Both the position numbers and the translations under genes were made by a program. Below the pieces are notes generated by a model, which did not search any database, had not been told where the DNA came from, and worked only from the letters and a program-made list of their open reading frames with translations. Shown here piece by piece: positions 1 through 13,232 of a DNA stretch of 64,000 nt. Source of the stretch: the human T2T-CHM13v2.0 reference genome, Homo sapiens; assembly GCF_009914755.1 (NCBI RefSeq), contig NC_060945.1; one strand, 5' to 3'. Numbering within the stretch: position 1 is the stretch's first letter; each line of letters opens with the position of its first letter.

Positions 1-1669
1 CTCACATCTCTAAAAGATAGTCCCACTTTGGTGCCTGTGATGTTATATTGTAGTGGTTGGTGTATTTGATTGTCTCCCTTGCTACATAGTTATCATGCCA
101 AGGACAAATTTTTGTCTGTGAATGGAGAAGAACGAGGGAAGCTCAAATCCCTGCAACGTACTGGCTTCCTGACCTGGATTGGACAAGTCACATAATCTTT
201 CCAGGACTAATCCAGTGTCATCATGTGTGGGAAATTTTTGTATGTGAATTTTATGATACTATACATATATAAGTGATTTTTAAGAGGCCATTTATTTTCT
301 CTTACAGTTTTCCAAACTTTGCATGTATTGATATAATAAATGTTTTATCACTGATCCAATCCATTCTTCATGCATTCATCATTACAATCCTCCTATAAAT
401 CTGCTTGTAAATCCCAAGTACTAGTTTAATTTACCAAGAGAACAACACAAACCTCCCTCCATGTCATAGAAAACTCAGTTTGGAGACACTTTATATTAAA
501 CCTTATTCCCAAATGTCATCACCACCCAGGGCAAATGGCTCATCTGACACTGTTAGCTTCTAAGGAACATTTTAATCCTTTCTACTATTGCCAGCATAGC
601 ACATGAATGACACCAAATCCACTACAAGTCTCCAGGGAGAAATGCATCGCTGATATGATGGCTTTATCTACATTTACACATTGAGGGGAAAATTGAGCTT
701 GTTTTCATACTTCCACAAGTGCACTCTTCTAGCCCACTTTGCCTTTATTATCTCAATATTTCTGATGAATCGGAATTTTGGCCTGGATTATCCAAAGAAT
801 TGTTTCAGATCTCTTTGCCTCCACACGTAGATGGAGCTTTAGGCTATGCTCCTCCCACCCCTTCATAAATTCATGGCTTTTCAAAAATTTTCTTCTCTGT
901 TTTCGTAAAAGCCAAGTGCAAAGAGAGAAACTAACTGATTGTACTTCTTCTTGATATGCCTGATAGTTTTCTGTCATCTTAATCATCACACGAGCAAGAC
1001 TACTCAACACCCAGGCCTTCTGAGATCCGAACAATAAGTAACCACCAGTCACCTCCACACAGGCTGGCCAGGGGTGCTCATGGGGCAGAGTCCATATTAG
1101 CTGAAGACTTGCCTGTCCTCTGCCAGGGAACTCTACGGAAACGAGGGCAAGCTTTGCATGAAACCCCATTTGCAAACCGAAACCGTGAAAAAAAAAAAAA
1201 GGTGGTTCAGTGTGGTTTTTACTCAAAACCAGGTGAAGCTTTGTGGTTCAGCCAAGTTTTGACTTGAAGCCGGAGAGAGCTCACTGTGTTTGGCTGGACC
1301 TTGTTTTACATTTCATGTTCCATTTGGTTCTGTTTCCCAAACCTGAAACTGAGGGTTCAGATGAGGGGCACAAAATGAATAAAATGAAGTTGACATGAAA
1401 TGTGGTGTAGATGAAGACAGCACCAGCTTTGTGATGCCAACTCCTGCTCCTGCTCTCTGCCGGCACTCCTTCTAGAAACGGCCTTCCCCACACTAAGTAG
1501 TTCCCTGGGACTTTTCTTTAAGGAACAGAATGATTAACACTATACAAAAATAGCAAAGGCTATTTTGCTCTTGTTTATTTTAACAGATCCATTAACAAAT
1601 CTGTTTTTGTGAGTCAGCCATTGAGACTTTTGAGGAAAACATTTTAAGTAACAGACTGTGACGTTATAA

Positions 1670-1985
1670 TGGCATGAATTTATTTAATATGTTTTAAATA
1701 TCTACTATGTGCTAGAAATTTTAACTTATTAAGTTCTCACCGTATTTTATAGATGTGGAAACTAGGCTCAGAGTGATTGGATAAATTGCCCATATGCTAA
1801 AAGAGAAGGCAAGCAAGTGTAATACTAGGCAGAGCCAGCTAGATGTGGAAACTAGGCTCAGAGTGATTGGATAAATTGCCCATATGCTAAAAGAGAAGGC
1901 AAGCAAGTGTAATACTAGGCAGAGCCAGCTAGTAAGTGGTGGAGGAAAAGACTTCCCCCTGGATCTTTTCCCTAGCTATTTTCAT
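1670..1985 (-). mobile_element. MIR SINE fragment carrying a tandem duplication
   Basis: ttttatagatgtggaaactaggctcagag...cagctagtaagtgg resembles the antisense MIR core. Confidence 0.65.
1751..1930. repeat. Perfect 2 x 90-bp tandem duplication
   Basis: 1751-1840 is identical to 1841-1930 base for base. Confidence 0.97.
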
Positions 1986-2064
1986 TAGACCTCAATACCT
2001 ACAAATCAGACCGAAGTTCTGCCCTCCGGGATATTATGAAGATACATATTTGGCTTCATAAAGA

Positions 2065-2393
2065 AGCTCTGCTCTGCTTCTATGGATTTAACCAACTGTG
2101 GATCTCTCTACGTATAGACCTGTATATATGGATGGTTGTCTGTATTGAACATGCGCAGACTTTTTTCCTGTCATTCTTCCCTAAACAATACAGTATAACA
2201 ACTATTTGCATAGCATTTACATTATGTTAGGTATTATAAGTAATCTAGGGTTGATTTAAAGTATACAGGAGGATGTGCACATGTTATATGCAAATACTAC
2301 ACCATTTTAGAAAAGAGACTTGAGCATCTGAAGATGTTGTTATTCCAGAGGGGTCCTGAAACCAATACCCCCATGGATACTGGGGGGTGACTG
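2065..2393 (+). mobile_element. MER2/Tigger3-type DNA transposon (TcMar-Tigger)
   Basis: ccctaaacaatacagtataacaactatttgcatagcatttacatt...gggtcctgaaaccaatacccccatggatac...gactg followed by TA matches the MER2 consensus. Confidence 0.85.
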
Positions 2394-4713
2394 TACTTAA
2401 AACAATAGTGTGTGGTGGAAAGTGCTAAACTTCCTAAAAGTTGTCCAAATGGTGAGCTGTGTGGGTTTAGAAGAGGGGAGAGAAGGCTTCTAGCTAGGGA
2501 AGGAGGGGTGGAGAGGGTAGCAATTGCAAAAATCTTTGTAAAAACAGTGACATTTGTGACACAGAAGAGCAGTTGGGTGTGTAGCTCTTGGGGGGCGGAA
2601 ATAGTTTTGGAGGGGAGACAGGGTGGCTGAAAACAGAGAAGAGAGAGGATTATTTGTTGAAGTGAAGAGTTTATAAAGGAGAGTTAAGGAAAGTAATTTT
2701 GGAAAGATGGATTGAGACTAAATTATGGAAGGTCTTGGTTTCACGGCCAGTTGAGTTGTGTTTTATCTGCAGAAGAAAGCTATCAAATATTTTTGAGTCA
2801 GTATTCACAAAATCAGGACAAAATGTAGGTGAAAGCCAGAGTTTAACTCTGAAAATTACTTGTGTCTTATTGGAAATTTGGAGGGAGATTGAAAAAAATA
2901 CATCAATTGGTCTTTCCAAAAAAAAAAAAAATTACAGAAGAAAAGCTAATCATTTTCACACTGTTCAAGCTCAATGAGATCTAGTTGAGATTACAGATTA
3001 ATACAAAGCTCTTGCTTACATTTTGAAGTTAGTATTTATTAGCACATATCTTGCAAGAGTATATCATCAACTGCCTTTCCCAAATTGAAAAATTTCCTCA
3101 AATATATGGGCTCCTTTTTTCATGATCACTATCCTTCCAGGAGAAAAATAAAATTAAATTTAAATTCTCCCTAATGAGGGAAGTAAAACACTAAGGAATA
3201 AGTTTTATCCAGTAGGATTGAGCTTTGGAGGTCCACAAGTCATTATAATTGTAAGACTTTTTCTATCCCTGAATACTAATTTTCATCCCCCTGGGTGCAA
3301 TATTGCTCCCATTGGGACTGCATGGTGTAGGCCCAAGCTTGCTTTGCCATGACATTTTGACGAACACCGTGGAAGCTCTCTGATGTCTGGTGAAGTCTGC
3401 GTCACAGAAGGGAGGACGGATACAATCTCCTAGCCAAATAGGTTGACAATTGATAGGCTATGTGAAAGATTTGATTCAAAAATCAAACAGAGAACCTAGA
3501 GAACTACTGGGGAAGACAATATTGCTAGAGCACCATGATCAGTTACATGTTGGTTATTATACGTCCCTTAGGCTACCAGTGTTTCCTGTAAAATAATCTG
3601 CCTTTATTTTTTGCTACGCATTCTGCTAGGTGATATCGGTAGAAAAGTTAAAAAAAAAAATGCTAGAGGTGGATCTCACAAAACATAGCAGTGTGAGGGT
3701 GAGCATCAACATAGTATGCCTCTGAAGTCTTGAATTTACTCTTGCTATCCAAATTACCTCACTCAAACGGGGAAATGTTCCTTCCATTAAGTAATAGCTG
3801 TGAAAATATTTATCTTCACCAATTCAATGGATATTCTTTGGAGAAATCTCTGTATAATTTAATAAATTAGAGTGGTTGAGCATATAATGTTGTGTTTTGT
3901 TGTTGCTGCCGTTTTACTGACTATGGCTATTGTGTGAATTTCTGTTTAATCAATCAAAATTATCCATTTTGTCTTTAAAAAGAAAAGAAAAATTTGAAAA
4001 ATAAGAGTAGTCTACACGGTGTTGAATTCCCCACTGTACCCAAAGATCGATGGCTCATCCTTCTGAAGAAGGGAATTTTGAGCCAATATAATAATAATTG
4101 GTGAACTGCTATTATTTTTCAATGATCTTCCATTTAGAGGAAAAAACTTACTGCTTTTACAAGCTCTGGAAAACTACCCCAGGAGGGTTATCTTGGTTCA
4201 CTGAGCTTGGGCTATGGATTTAGGTACCAAGCAGTTTGACAATCTTATACAATTTTTCTTTGGTCAAGTCACTCCAAGACTCCTATCAGCCAAAACTATA
4301 ATTTGATGGTTCATCATTTTTAACCTATTACTACCTGCTTTTGCGGAGAGAGGGGTAGGATTTCAATCCCAAAACATACTTTAAACTGTCATTACAACAT
4401 ATACACATGGAAGTGGGGACAGTCAGGTATTTGATCCAGACTGGATTATGTGTGACTTCACACATACTTTTAGAAGTTACTTCTACAAAGATATTTGGAG
4501 CTTGGAAACACACTGGAATGACTTGGCTGTAAACCTGAATGGAGAATGTCGCTGGAGAGGCCAAAAAGCTGTCTCCATCTTTCTTCCAACATCCTTCTAG
4601 TGTGACCTATTGCTATGTAAGGAAGGTAACTGTTATTCCATCTACTTCATAGTTTTCATCATGGATTCATGAGGCAATGTGTAAAATGTCCAATGTCTTT
4701 AGAGTAAACAGTA

Positions 4714-5025
4714 TTTTTTTTTTTTTTGAGACGGAGTCTCTCTCTGTCGCCCAGGCTGGAGTGCGGTGGCAGTGATCTTGGCTCACTGCAAGCCCCGCCT
4801 CCCAGGTTCACCATTCTCCTGCTTCAGCCATTCTCCTGCCTCAGCCTCCAGGGCAGCTGGGACTACAGTCACGTGCCACCATGCCCGGCTAATTTTTTGT
4901 AGTTTTTAGTAGAGACGGGGTTTCACCGTGTTAGCCAGGATGGTCTCGATCTCCTGACCTCATGATCCGCCCGCCTCGGCCTCCCAGAGTGCTGGGATTA
5001 CAGGCATGAGCCACCGCGCCCCGCC
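4714..5025 (-). mobile_element. AluY-like, full length
   Basis: Poly-T, Y diagnostics (cgtgttagccaggatggtctcgatctcc), TSD taaacagtattttt on both sides, internal 17-bp duplication at 4811-4844. Confidence 0.93.
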
Positions 5026-5711
5026 CATAAACAGTATTTTTTGACCAATGAGAAATCTGTAAAAAATTCTGCCATGATGACTTACTTTCTATTGATAAGT
5101 ATGAGGGTGCTCATTCTACGTTAGTTTTCTACAGAACTCAAAAATAAGTGGTCCTTGTGGAATAAATGAATGGAAATGTTGTTTTACAAATAAAAAATAA
5201 ACTTTCCTTTCATTTTTACTGTCCTCAGGAATGTGACAAAAAGCATAATTTTGATGTGTTATTATTTGTAGTTTCCCAGAAGGAAAAATATACTGTCAAA
5301 GTTAGGGATCTATTTTTACCGGTATAACAAGATGTCACTGGGAGACCATTACTTTATTGGAAAGTTTTTGTTTTTTTAAAACTTGTCTACTGCAGCTTCA
5401 CATATTTCATAGTTGTGTGTTTCCTGGTTAAAAAGCACGAAACTTTTCAACATTTGCTGCTCATTTTGTGAGCCAGATCAAGGCAAGGAAATTCCAATAT
5501 TTATGAACAACTGTAGAGGGTAATTGAAGGATAGTCTGCTGTTTCTGCCAGTTCTACTGATAAACTGTGGGCTGTTGTATTGTTTAAACCTCTGTCTGCT
5601 GGAAGGCTTCTTTTTCTGATACTGAAGCATGTTTTCCTAAGCCACCTGGATGCAAAGAGGAGATTTTCAGGTGACCTTGGGGTCTCTCCCTTGCCAGACT
5701 TCTCAGACAAA

Positions 5712-5723
5712 ACACACACACAG

Positions 5724-5770
<47 letters not shown>
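5712..5770. repeat. (CA)n microsatellite
   Basis: CA run with one GATA interruption. Confidence 0.95.
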
Positions 5771-5771
<1 letters not shown>

Positions 5772-6719
5772 CATCTTTGTCCATCCTGGGCCAGGTAGGT
5801 TCTTATGAGACAGACCATTATCCCTTGAGTTTGAGAGAGTAAAGATCTCTCGTAATTTCCATCTCGCCTGCAACTCTGAGCCCTGAAGGCTCCAGTCAAG
5901 CACAGCTGACTGGGAACTGTCAAGTCTGGAGGATGCTGCATATATTCCCATGCCTGGGTTCTGGAATAGCATCTGTGACCCACAGCCCCCGGAATAAGAG
6001 AAAGAGTCTTTTTGGATTTGATTTTGTTCATAGATATATGCTCCAAGATATGCCTCAAGCGTTATATGCTATACATCCTCATAAGTCTTTCTTATAAGTC
6101 ATAGTCTTTATAACCAATGCTTTTTTTTTTTGTTTGCATAGGTTGGCAACTCAAAGGTCAGTACCAAGGATTCTCTATAACTGCCATTGAACAATATTAC
6201 AATATTTATTAAAAAAATCTTTCCATAGGTATTTTATCAGGTGCTCTACAAGAGAACTACATAGGCACATATGTGGTTTGGAGGGACTTACAGTCTCATT
6301 CAGGAAGACCTTGACAAACAAATGCTAACATAAAAACCACCAGACTGCTATTTAGCCATTCTGTCTGGGATGACTATATTAATCATTTTATGACAGCGTT
6401 TCTTTCCTTCTGAATGGTTGTTACCAGCGAGGTACCTTTTGCTCAATGTTTGCTTAAAGACATGTCTATATATTATCTGGCAAGTCTATTTCACGTCTGT
6501 TTTAAAGTCATGTCGGTTTTAAGTGCATTAGATAGCACTCTGATGATGTTCACAGTAGTATAAAAACATCAGCTTTGAAATGTTGGGCTCCATTTTCATT
6601 AACAAGTTTTTTTCTCCCCTTGGTCCCAAAGCAACCTAACAGAGAACAGAGGGTAGGACCAAGAGTGAGGAGTGCTGGGTCTGCCAGGTGGAGGGTGCTG
6701 GGTTCGTCTCAGTGGGCTC

Positions 6720-6920
6720 CAGAGCCAGGTCGCCTGCCCCAGAGCACAGCTCTGCCCCTGCTAGCGCATGGCCGAAAGCGAGCTACTTGCTGTAAAATGG
6801 GATTAAACAACACGAATCCTGCAGGTTGGTGGAAGGATTAAATGAATCAATATACATAAAGCGCTTATGTATAAGTACCTGGCTTGACAGCAAAGGCTAT
6901 ATAAAGATCTGCTATTATTA
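6720..6920 (+). mobile_element. MIR SINE
   Basis: ctgtaaaatgggattaa...ggattaaatga...aaagcgctta...cctggc...gctattatta. Confidence 0.7.
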
Positions 6921-9185
6921 CTTTGGTCTTGGCTTTGTCACTGAAGAGCAGGCTGTGGAGCCCCACTGAGTCTCAGTCTCTTCATATAAACAGTGGACGA
7001 AGTTCTCTGGAACCATTAGCCTTGTCGTTTTCTTTCTAAATAAGGCATCTTGCAAGTACCCAGGGAAAAATCACACCAAGGAAGAGACCACACAATTTAT
7101 TCACCAACGCAGGCCAGTGGGCATAAGCCAGGCCAGTATGGGTCACCCCACATTTATCAGGTCCTACGTAGCCTGGGGATGGGGTATTCTGCCTGTGAAG
7201 ATAGGAGGAGCTGGGTCTTGTTTCAAATTATGAGGGTGGTATTTAAATAGCACCCATGTTTGGCTTCACACTTTTCCCGAAATCTCTCTTTATTCCCGTC
7301 TCATAGGCAGAATCAGGACCAACATCACTGAACAAAGAGACACGAATTAAAAATCAGTTGTTTGGATTTTCATTTCTGCTGAGTGTTCTCTTTTAAAATG
7401 ACCTCTGCTATCCCGAGGGAAACAGTTTTCCCCATTACTGACGGAAAGTGAAGTCTCCTCAGAAGGAGGATTTCCCTTCCAGAAATTCAAAACCAGAAAA
7501 ACTATCAAGACACTGTGATTGTGTGCCAGTGAACAGCCGTTTCCAAAGATTTGAATGGAATAATTTGTTTTTCATGGTTTGTAGGTAGCAGATAAAACTT
7601 ACATGGAAAAATGGACAAGAAGAAATGGAAAATAAGACACAGAACCTGGAATCATCAGCTTAAAAAGCAATTTGCTTTATTTCAGCTGTGCCCAGAAATA
7701 GCTTGAGGTTACCAAGTGAGTATTTCTACTGGAAGCATCAGCTACAATTAGGTCACCAACTTAGAGAAGACGTAGGCGGAAATTTAAACACCAAGTCTAT
7801 CATTATAAAGGTACTTTATCAGCAAAACTGTCAGCTATGGATGGTTGACTTAAAATTATTAAGAGGCTAAAATATCAAAGGAGAAGACAAGTCTGTGGAA
7901 GGGTCCCTCCTAAGATCAACAACAGCTGAGGGTCTAAACATGAGGAAGCGGCTTTAATAGCATTGCTTGTGGAGTTCGTTTTGAAGTCCTTAACTTCCAC
8001 GCCAATCTGATGTGAGAAAAATAGATGCTTCCCTTTGGAGTCCTTGTTCCAACCATGGAAACCTGGGACACACACTTAATTCTGCTGGTGACAGAATGAC
8101 AAATCTGTTATTGTTTAGGATAAGTGAGGCATGGCAATACTCTTCTGAATTTTGGTGAAAATTAGATGTGAAAATCTGTAATGGTACTATTCAAGCTTCC
8201 CCTTAAACAAGAAACATTGAGCAAATAAAAATATGGAGTCCCTGGACCTATTCTAGAAGCCTGGTGCCAAGGAATAGATTTTGCATGGATCAGCTTAAGC
8301 TCACCCAGGAATGGATTTAACTTTCTCCTGGAAAATTTATTTGAAAGTCCAAAAAAAAGAGTATTCATTATTTATGGATTTAGTAATGACTAGATTTTAC
8401 AAATATTTGGATCCACATGAGCCATGGAATTCAGAATAATATTATTTCCTGCCATATTGGTAACTGATTTTTCAAAGAAGATTTTACTTGATAGTTAATT
8501 TAATCCATTTTGCTTGATTATTCAAATGTTCCAAAACACCCAGTGGTGGCCTATTTTTTTTTGTCTCTTTTCACTATAATAATATGGCTTGATGTTTCAC
8601 AATGGCTGTATCTGTTTCCTTAGCTACAAAATGGTTCTGAGACCGGTCTTTCTGTATCTGTAGGTCATTGCCATCAGTGCAGCAAGGAGCCCCCCTCAAC
8701 AAATCTCTCTTCTTTATATGGGGCTGATGCTTGGCCAAAAGCCTGCAAGGGTGAGTCTCAGAACAGCTGCTAAAAATGCAGCTGGATAGTGAGACAGAAG
8801 TGCTCAATGCCAGTTCGCTGGGCACATTCGTTAGTACATGCCAATGCTGGAGGAGCCGTACAGACAGAAGGCACTTCATTTCATCCGCAGGTCACTAAAT
8901 GCCTTTGTCCATTTCCTGCCTTTCCTTTATCACATGGATATTAGCGCTTATCTACTCAAGTCATTATAACTATAAATCGCTACCATCTTTCTTACCAAGG
9001 ATTTAGTCTTTTGTGCCACATACAAGGTGTAGAGAATTCTTCTAGGGATAGACTTCTAAGTCCAAGCTACCCAGGGAACTACCATTTACATCATTCATTA
9101 AGTAAAATAAAGATTGTTGTTGATGAAGGGGTAGCTCTTACTAGGGTCCCAGGGTTAGTCCAAGGCTCAATTATGAAGTCAAAAG

Positions 9186-9187
<2 letters not shown>

Positions 9188-9216
<29 letters not shown>
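9188..9216. repeat. (TG)n microsatellite
   Basis: Pure GT run. Confidence 0.95.
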
Positions 9217-9369
9217 ACGGAAAGAAAGAGAAAGAAAGGGAAGGAGGAGAGAGTTTGGATTGGGAAAGTTACCATCCACTCTCCTCTTAGCATACCTAGT
9301 TGTCAATTTTCTGTTTATGTTTTAAAAATATAGCCTCATTAATGATTGCGATACTATTACTATGTTTAC

Positions 9370-9669
9370 TTTTTTTATTTTTATTTTTTGAGATGGAGTC
9401 TCACTCTGTCACCCAGGCTGGAGTGTAGTGGCGCGATCTTGGCTTATTGCAATCTCCGCCACCCGGGTTCAAGTGATTCTCCTGCCTTAGCCTCCTGAGT
9501 AGCTGGGATTACAGGCGCGTGCCACAACACCCAGCTAATTTTTGTATTTTTAGTAGAGACGGGGTTTCACCATGTTGGTCAGGCTGGTCTTGACCTCCTG
9601 ACCTTGGGATCCGCCTGCCTTGGCCTCCCAAAGTGCTGGGATTACAGGTGTGAACCACTGCATGTGGCC
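9370..9669 (-). mobile_element. AluS
   Basis: Full dimer in antisense with T-rich tail; TSD-like tttactttt. Confidence 0.92.
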
Positions 9670-10446
9670 TATCTTTACTTTTGAAATAGGAAATGAACTC
9701 AGAAGTTAAACCATCTTTCAAGGTCTTATAACCGTTAGGTGGTAGAACCAAGATTTGAAGCCTAGTTGGTCTGTTGCCAAAGTCCACTATATTAAGCTGT
9801 TTCCCAAGTGAATCTTTAGGAACATTCCAGGCACCTAGTTCTTCATCCTTTTTGGTTCTTTCTCTCATCCATGATGTCTGGTAGGTTACAAAGAGAGAAG
9901 GCATTAAATGTGTTGTTAACCAGCAAGCGCATGAGGTAGAAATTTTGGAGGATTAAGGCTTTATTGAACCCACCAAATCATACTCCAGGCATCTGTCTTG
10001 TTTTTCACTGTAGCTTCTAGGAAGGTTAAGCATTAGAAACTCGAATGGTGATGTGAATCATAGGAAGCGCTAAGCTAAACTACTGAATGAGTCATTCTTT
10101 CCAGAGACAATGGCCCTTATTTCTCTCAAACTCTTAACAGACTTACAAATGAGGGTAGAAGAAAAGCTACTTAAATTTACTACCCCTACTAATAACACCA
10201 AAATAAATTTATTACTCTACTACAGAGCTTTCACTTTTTCATAAGTTGTTATCAACATTTTGATTTTTGGGTTATCAGAACATCTAACAGCATGTTCTAA
10301 ATGTCAAATAAAAGGTAATTACATGAAATGATAATGATATACAATCTCTTTACTGTCTTATCTAAGACAATCTCTTTTGTGTGCTGGGAGTACAACAAAC
10401 TTGATTCTTGGCTACCTGGGGCAGGGGTTTAGATTACTAAGAATCC

Positions 10447-11398
10447 TAGAACTACACACAGTCTGCCATAAAACTTATCTGTGGAGGAGACCATTGCAAT
10501 AGCTATAACTCTTTGGTGTGTTGTGGGGGGAAAATGGTTTGAGACTCACTATTTCAGAGGAAGTGGTGGCAAAAGGAAGAGGAGAATGAAGTTGGTAGCT
10601 TGCAGAAATAGCAGAGTGGAGTAGCTAAAACTTAGCTAGTGGTTTGGTGTGGGGGTGGAGCAGGGTCATCACCATTAACTCTGAAGTTTAGCCCTGCTGA
10701 CTCAGGGGCCAATGGTGCTGCTGCCAGAAATAGGGGAGCTGGAAAATCTGAGAAGATGATTAATTCAGCTGGGGACATATTTGCCTCAAGGTTCCTCAGA
10801 GGGGCATCCCCAGTGGATGTGTTCAGAAGTCAATTGAAAATAAGGCCAGCACCCAGAAATGGGCTGAGCTGGAGGGTTAGAGTTGCCAGTCATGGGTCTA
10901 TGGTGTTCAAGACAAGAGTGGCCAGATTCACAAAGGGAACAAGGTGGACCAGAGAGAGAAGAGAGCCTGGGACAGGGTCTAGGATGTATTTGGAGTAAGA
11001 GAGAAGGAAGAGTAGCTAGAGAAAAAAATGTGGAAAAAGCAGTGATAATAAGATAACAGAAGAAATCATCACAGTGTGAAAAAGCAAGGCCAAGGATGGA
11101 TAATTTGTTCTTGGAGGATGAAGTGGCCTAGACTATAAGCCCCAGAGTAGCAAATCAGTTAGCAAAGTGGCCAATCTCAGTATGTCATTGTGCACCAGAA
11201 GGTCCCATATGAGGGCAGAAAAAAAACTATAGAACTATACACAGTCTTCCATATAACTTATCTGTGGGGGAGGCCACTGCAATAGCTACGGCTCTTTGGT
11301 GCGCTGTGGAGGAAAAATGGTTTGAGATTCACTATTTCAGAGGAAGTGGTGGCAAAAGGAAGAAGAGAAAGAAGTTGGTGGCTTGCAGAAATAGCAGA
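10447..11398. repeat. Dispersed direct repeat: 10447-10615 and 11230-11398 (169 bp, ~90% identical)
   Basis: Ungapped hand alignment at offset 783 with about 17 substitutions. Confidence 0.93.
10780..11130 (-). mobile_element. Old L2 fragment
   Basis: Purine-rich, diverged similarity to antisense L2 (catccccagtggatgtgttcagaag...gggctgagctggag...gagagagaagagagcctgggacag). Confidence 0.5.
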
Positions 11399-12669
11399 AT
11401 CAAAAAGAAGAGTATTTTAAGACAAGAGAAATGCCCAGCCAGTGGAGAGAGACCAGGAGTGGAGAGGAGAGAAGTGCAGGAAGGAAAAGAAGGGAATGAA
11501 GGGTTGATGGAACAGTTCTAGAGGAAGCTGGAGGGCTTGAGTGCAGAAGCACAGTTATGTGGCACATGTCTGCAAAGTAGTTGGGCAAATACAATGTCCA
11601 TCAGAGAGAGGTCACATGAAGATGCAGATAGACCCCGTCATGTGAAGGAAGGAAGTGATCAGGTACTTTCCATAGAACTCATTTCTCTTCTCAGGAATAC
11701 AGGGGTGACAGGATCTTCCCAGAGGACAGGCTGCATGGTATGGGGGTCAGGGCTGGCAGCCCAGGCCAGGTTTGGAATAGCCCCAAAATATATAGCATGG
11801 TAGGAGGTTGTGCATGGATATATTGAGTATTCAGTGCACAGGTTAGGATGAAAAAACTGTGTCAAAGTAGTTATGTGATTCCAATAATACTTAGAAGACT
11901 TAGAACAAGAGCAGAGAAAGTAAGTGGTCATCCTGAGTTAATAAATGAAGGTAAAGAACTTAGCACTTCATTGAAAGGTACAGTAATTTAATATTGATAT
12001 TAGATTGATGGGTCCTTCATTTCCCTATGGTCTCATCATAGTTTCTTGCAATAGGGATGACAGAGCAGGGAGTAATAGGCTGCCAGCAGGACCTCAATGG
12101 AGTGACCCAGTCTTGGATTCAGGCCCATCGGGGCAGAACTAGGTTTGTCAAAGGGTGCTTGCTGACTGGCTTGGAGAGCAGAGGTAGCCAGAGGTGTCTG
12201 GGGTCACCATGAAGACGGCAAGTACAATCTGTAGGAGTGGAATAGGCAGGGAAGGAGTAGAAGCTGTGGATGGAAGAACATTCCAGAATGTGAGATCTTG
12301 GAGATGACACGATTTTTTCTCTGAAAGCTCTCAGCCCATGGTGAGCATTAAAACACTCTCAGGGCGACCACACACCAATCCCTATACTGACCCCTACTCC
12401 AAATGTTTAGGGTGGAGCCCTTTGGGGATACCATATGGGGGTTTCTTTAATATTCCTCAGTGGACTTGGCTTCCTTTCTCACAGACAGACAGGGACTGTT
12501 ATGAATGGGGTACACACCTATTTTATTCACTCATATTTTATTATCCTATATTATATTATTATAGTCATTTCACTGCCACCAGCATTTCCTTCTCCAACGA
12601 TGTGGTATGCGGTGTAACAAATGGTTTTAGAGAAAGTGTCTGGTGGTCTATCAACAACTCTGACCAGAC

Positions 12670-12968
12670 TTTTTTTTTTTTTTTTTTTTTGAGACAGGGT
12701 CTCACTCTGTCACCCAGGCTGGAGTACAATAACACGATCATGGTCGCTGCAGCCTCAACCTCCTAGGCTCAAGAGATACTCCTTGTCTCAGCCTCCAAAG
12801 TAGCTGGTACTACAGGCATGCACCACTACACTGGGCTAATTTTTGTATTTTTTGTAGAGATGGGTTTTGCCATGTTGCCCAGGCTGATCTCGAACTCCTG
12901 GGCTCAAGGGATCCCGCCTCAGCCTCCCAAAATGCTGGGATTTCAGGTATGAACCATTGCACCCAGCC
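12670..12968 (-). mobile_element. AluJ
   Basis: gagacagggtctcactctg...gcagcctcaacctcctaggctcaag, J-type ctcctgggctcaag; TSD ccagact. Confidence 0.92.
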
Positions 12969-13232
12969 CAGACTGTTTTGGCTGATCATTTATGTCCCTA
13001 GATACTGTCCACTGTTTCACCTTCCAGTCTGCCTTGCATTAACTTTCAATGCTCTTTCCATCAAATCACACTGGGTCCTATGTCAAAGGCTGGCACTGTT
13101 TGTTTCCTCAAACCTGAAAGTTGAAAGGTCAAGATTCAACATCATGCACCAAGAGTTTAGTCTGTGGAGGAGGTCTCAAAATTGAGGATGGAATAACTAA
13201 CTCCACAAGATGGGGGCAGGGAGCAGGAGATA

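Noticed and set aside
753-1226. 157-aa minus-strand ORF
   Set aside because: Non-ATG start, crosses a poly-A run, no recognisable domain or splice context; consistent with chance.
4335-4606. Open minus-strand frame bounded by AG and GT, a possible cryptic exon
   Set aside because: Weak donor (CAG|GTAGTA), acceptor lies in MIR-like sequence, and the peptide resembles nothing I know.
5501-6058. 185-aa ORF with CVCV run
   Set aside because: Kept open by the (CA)n microsatellite.
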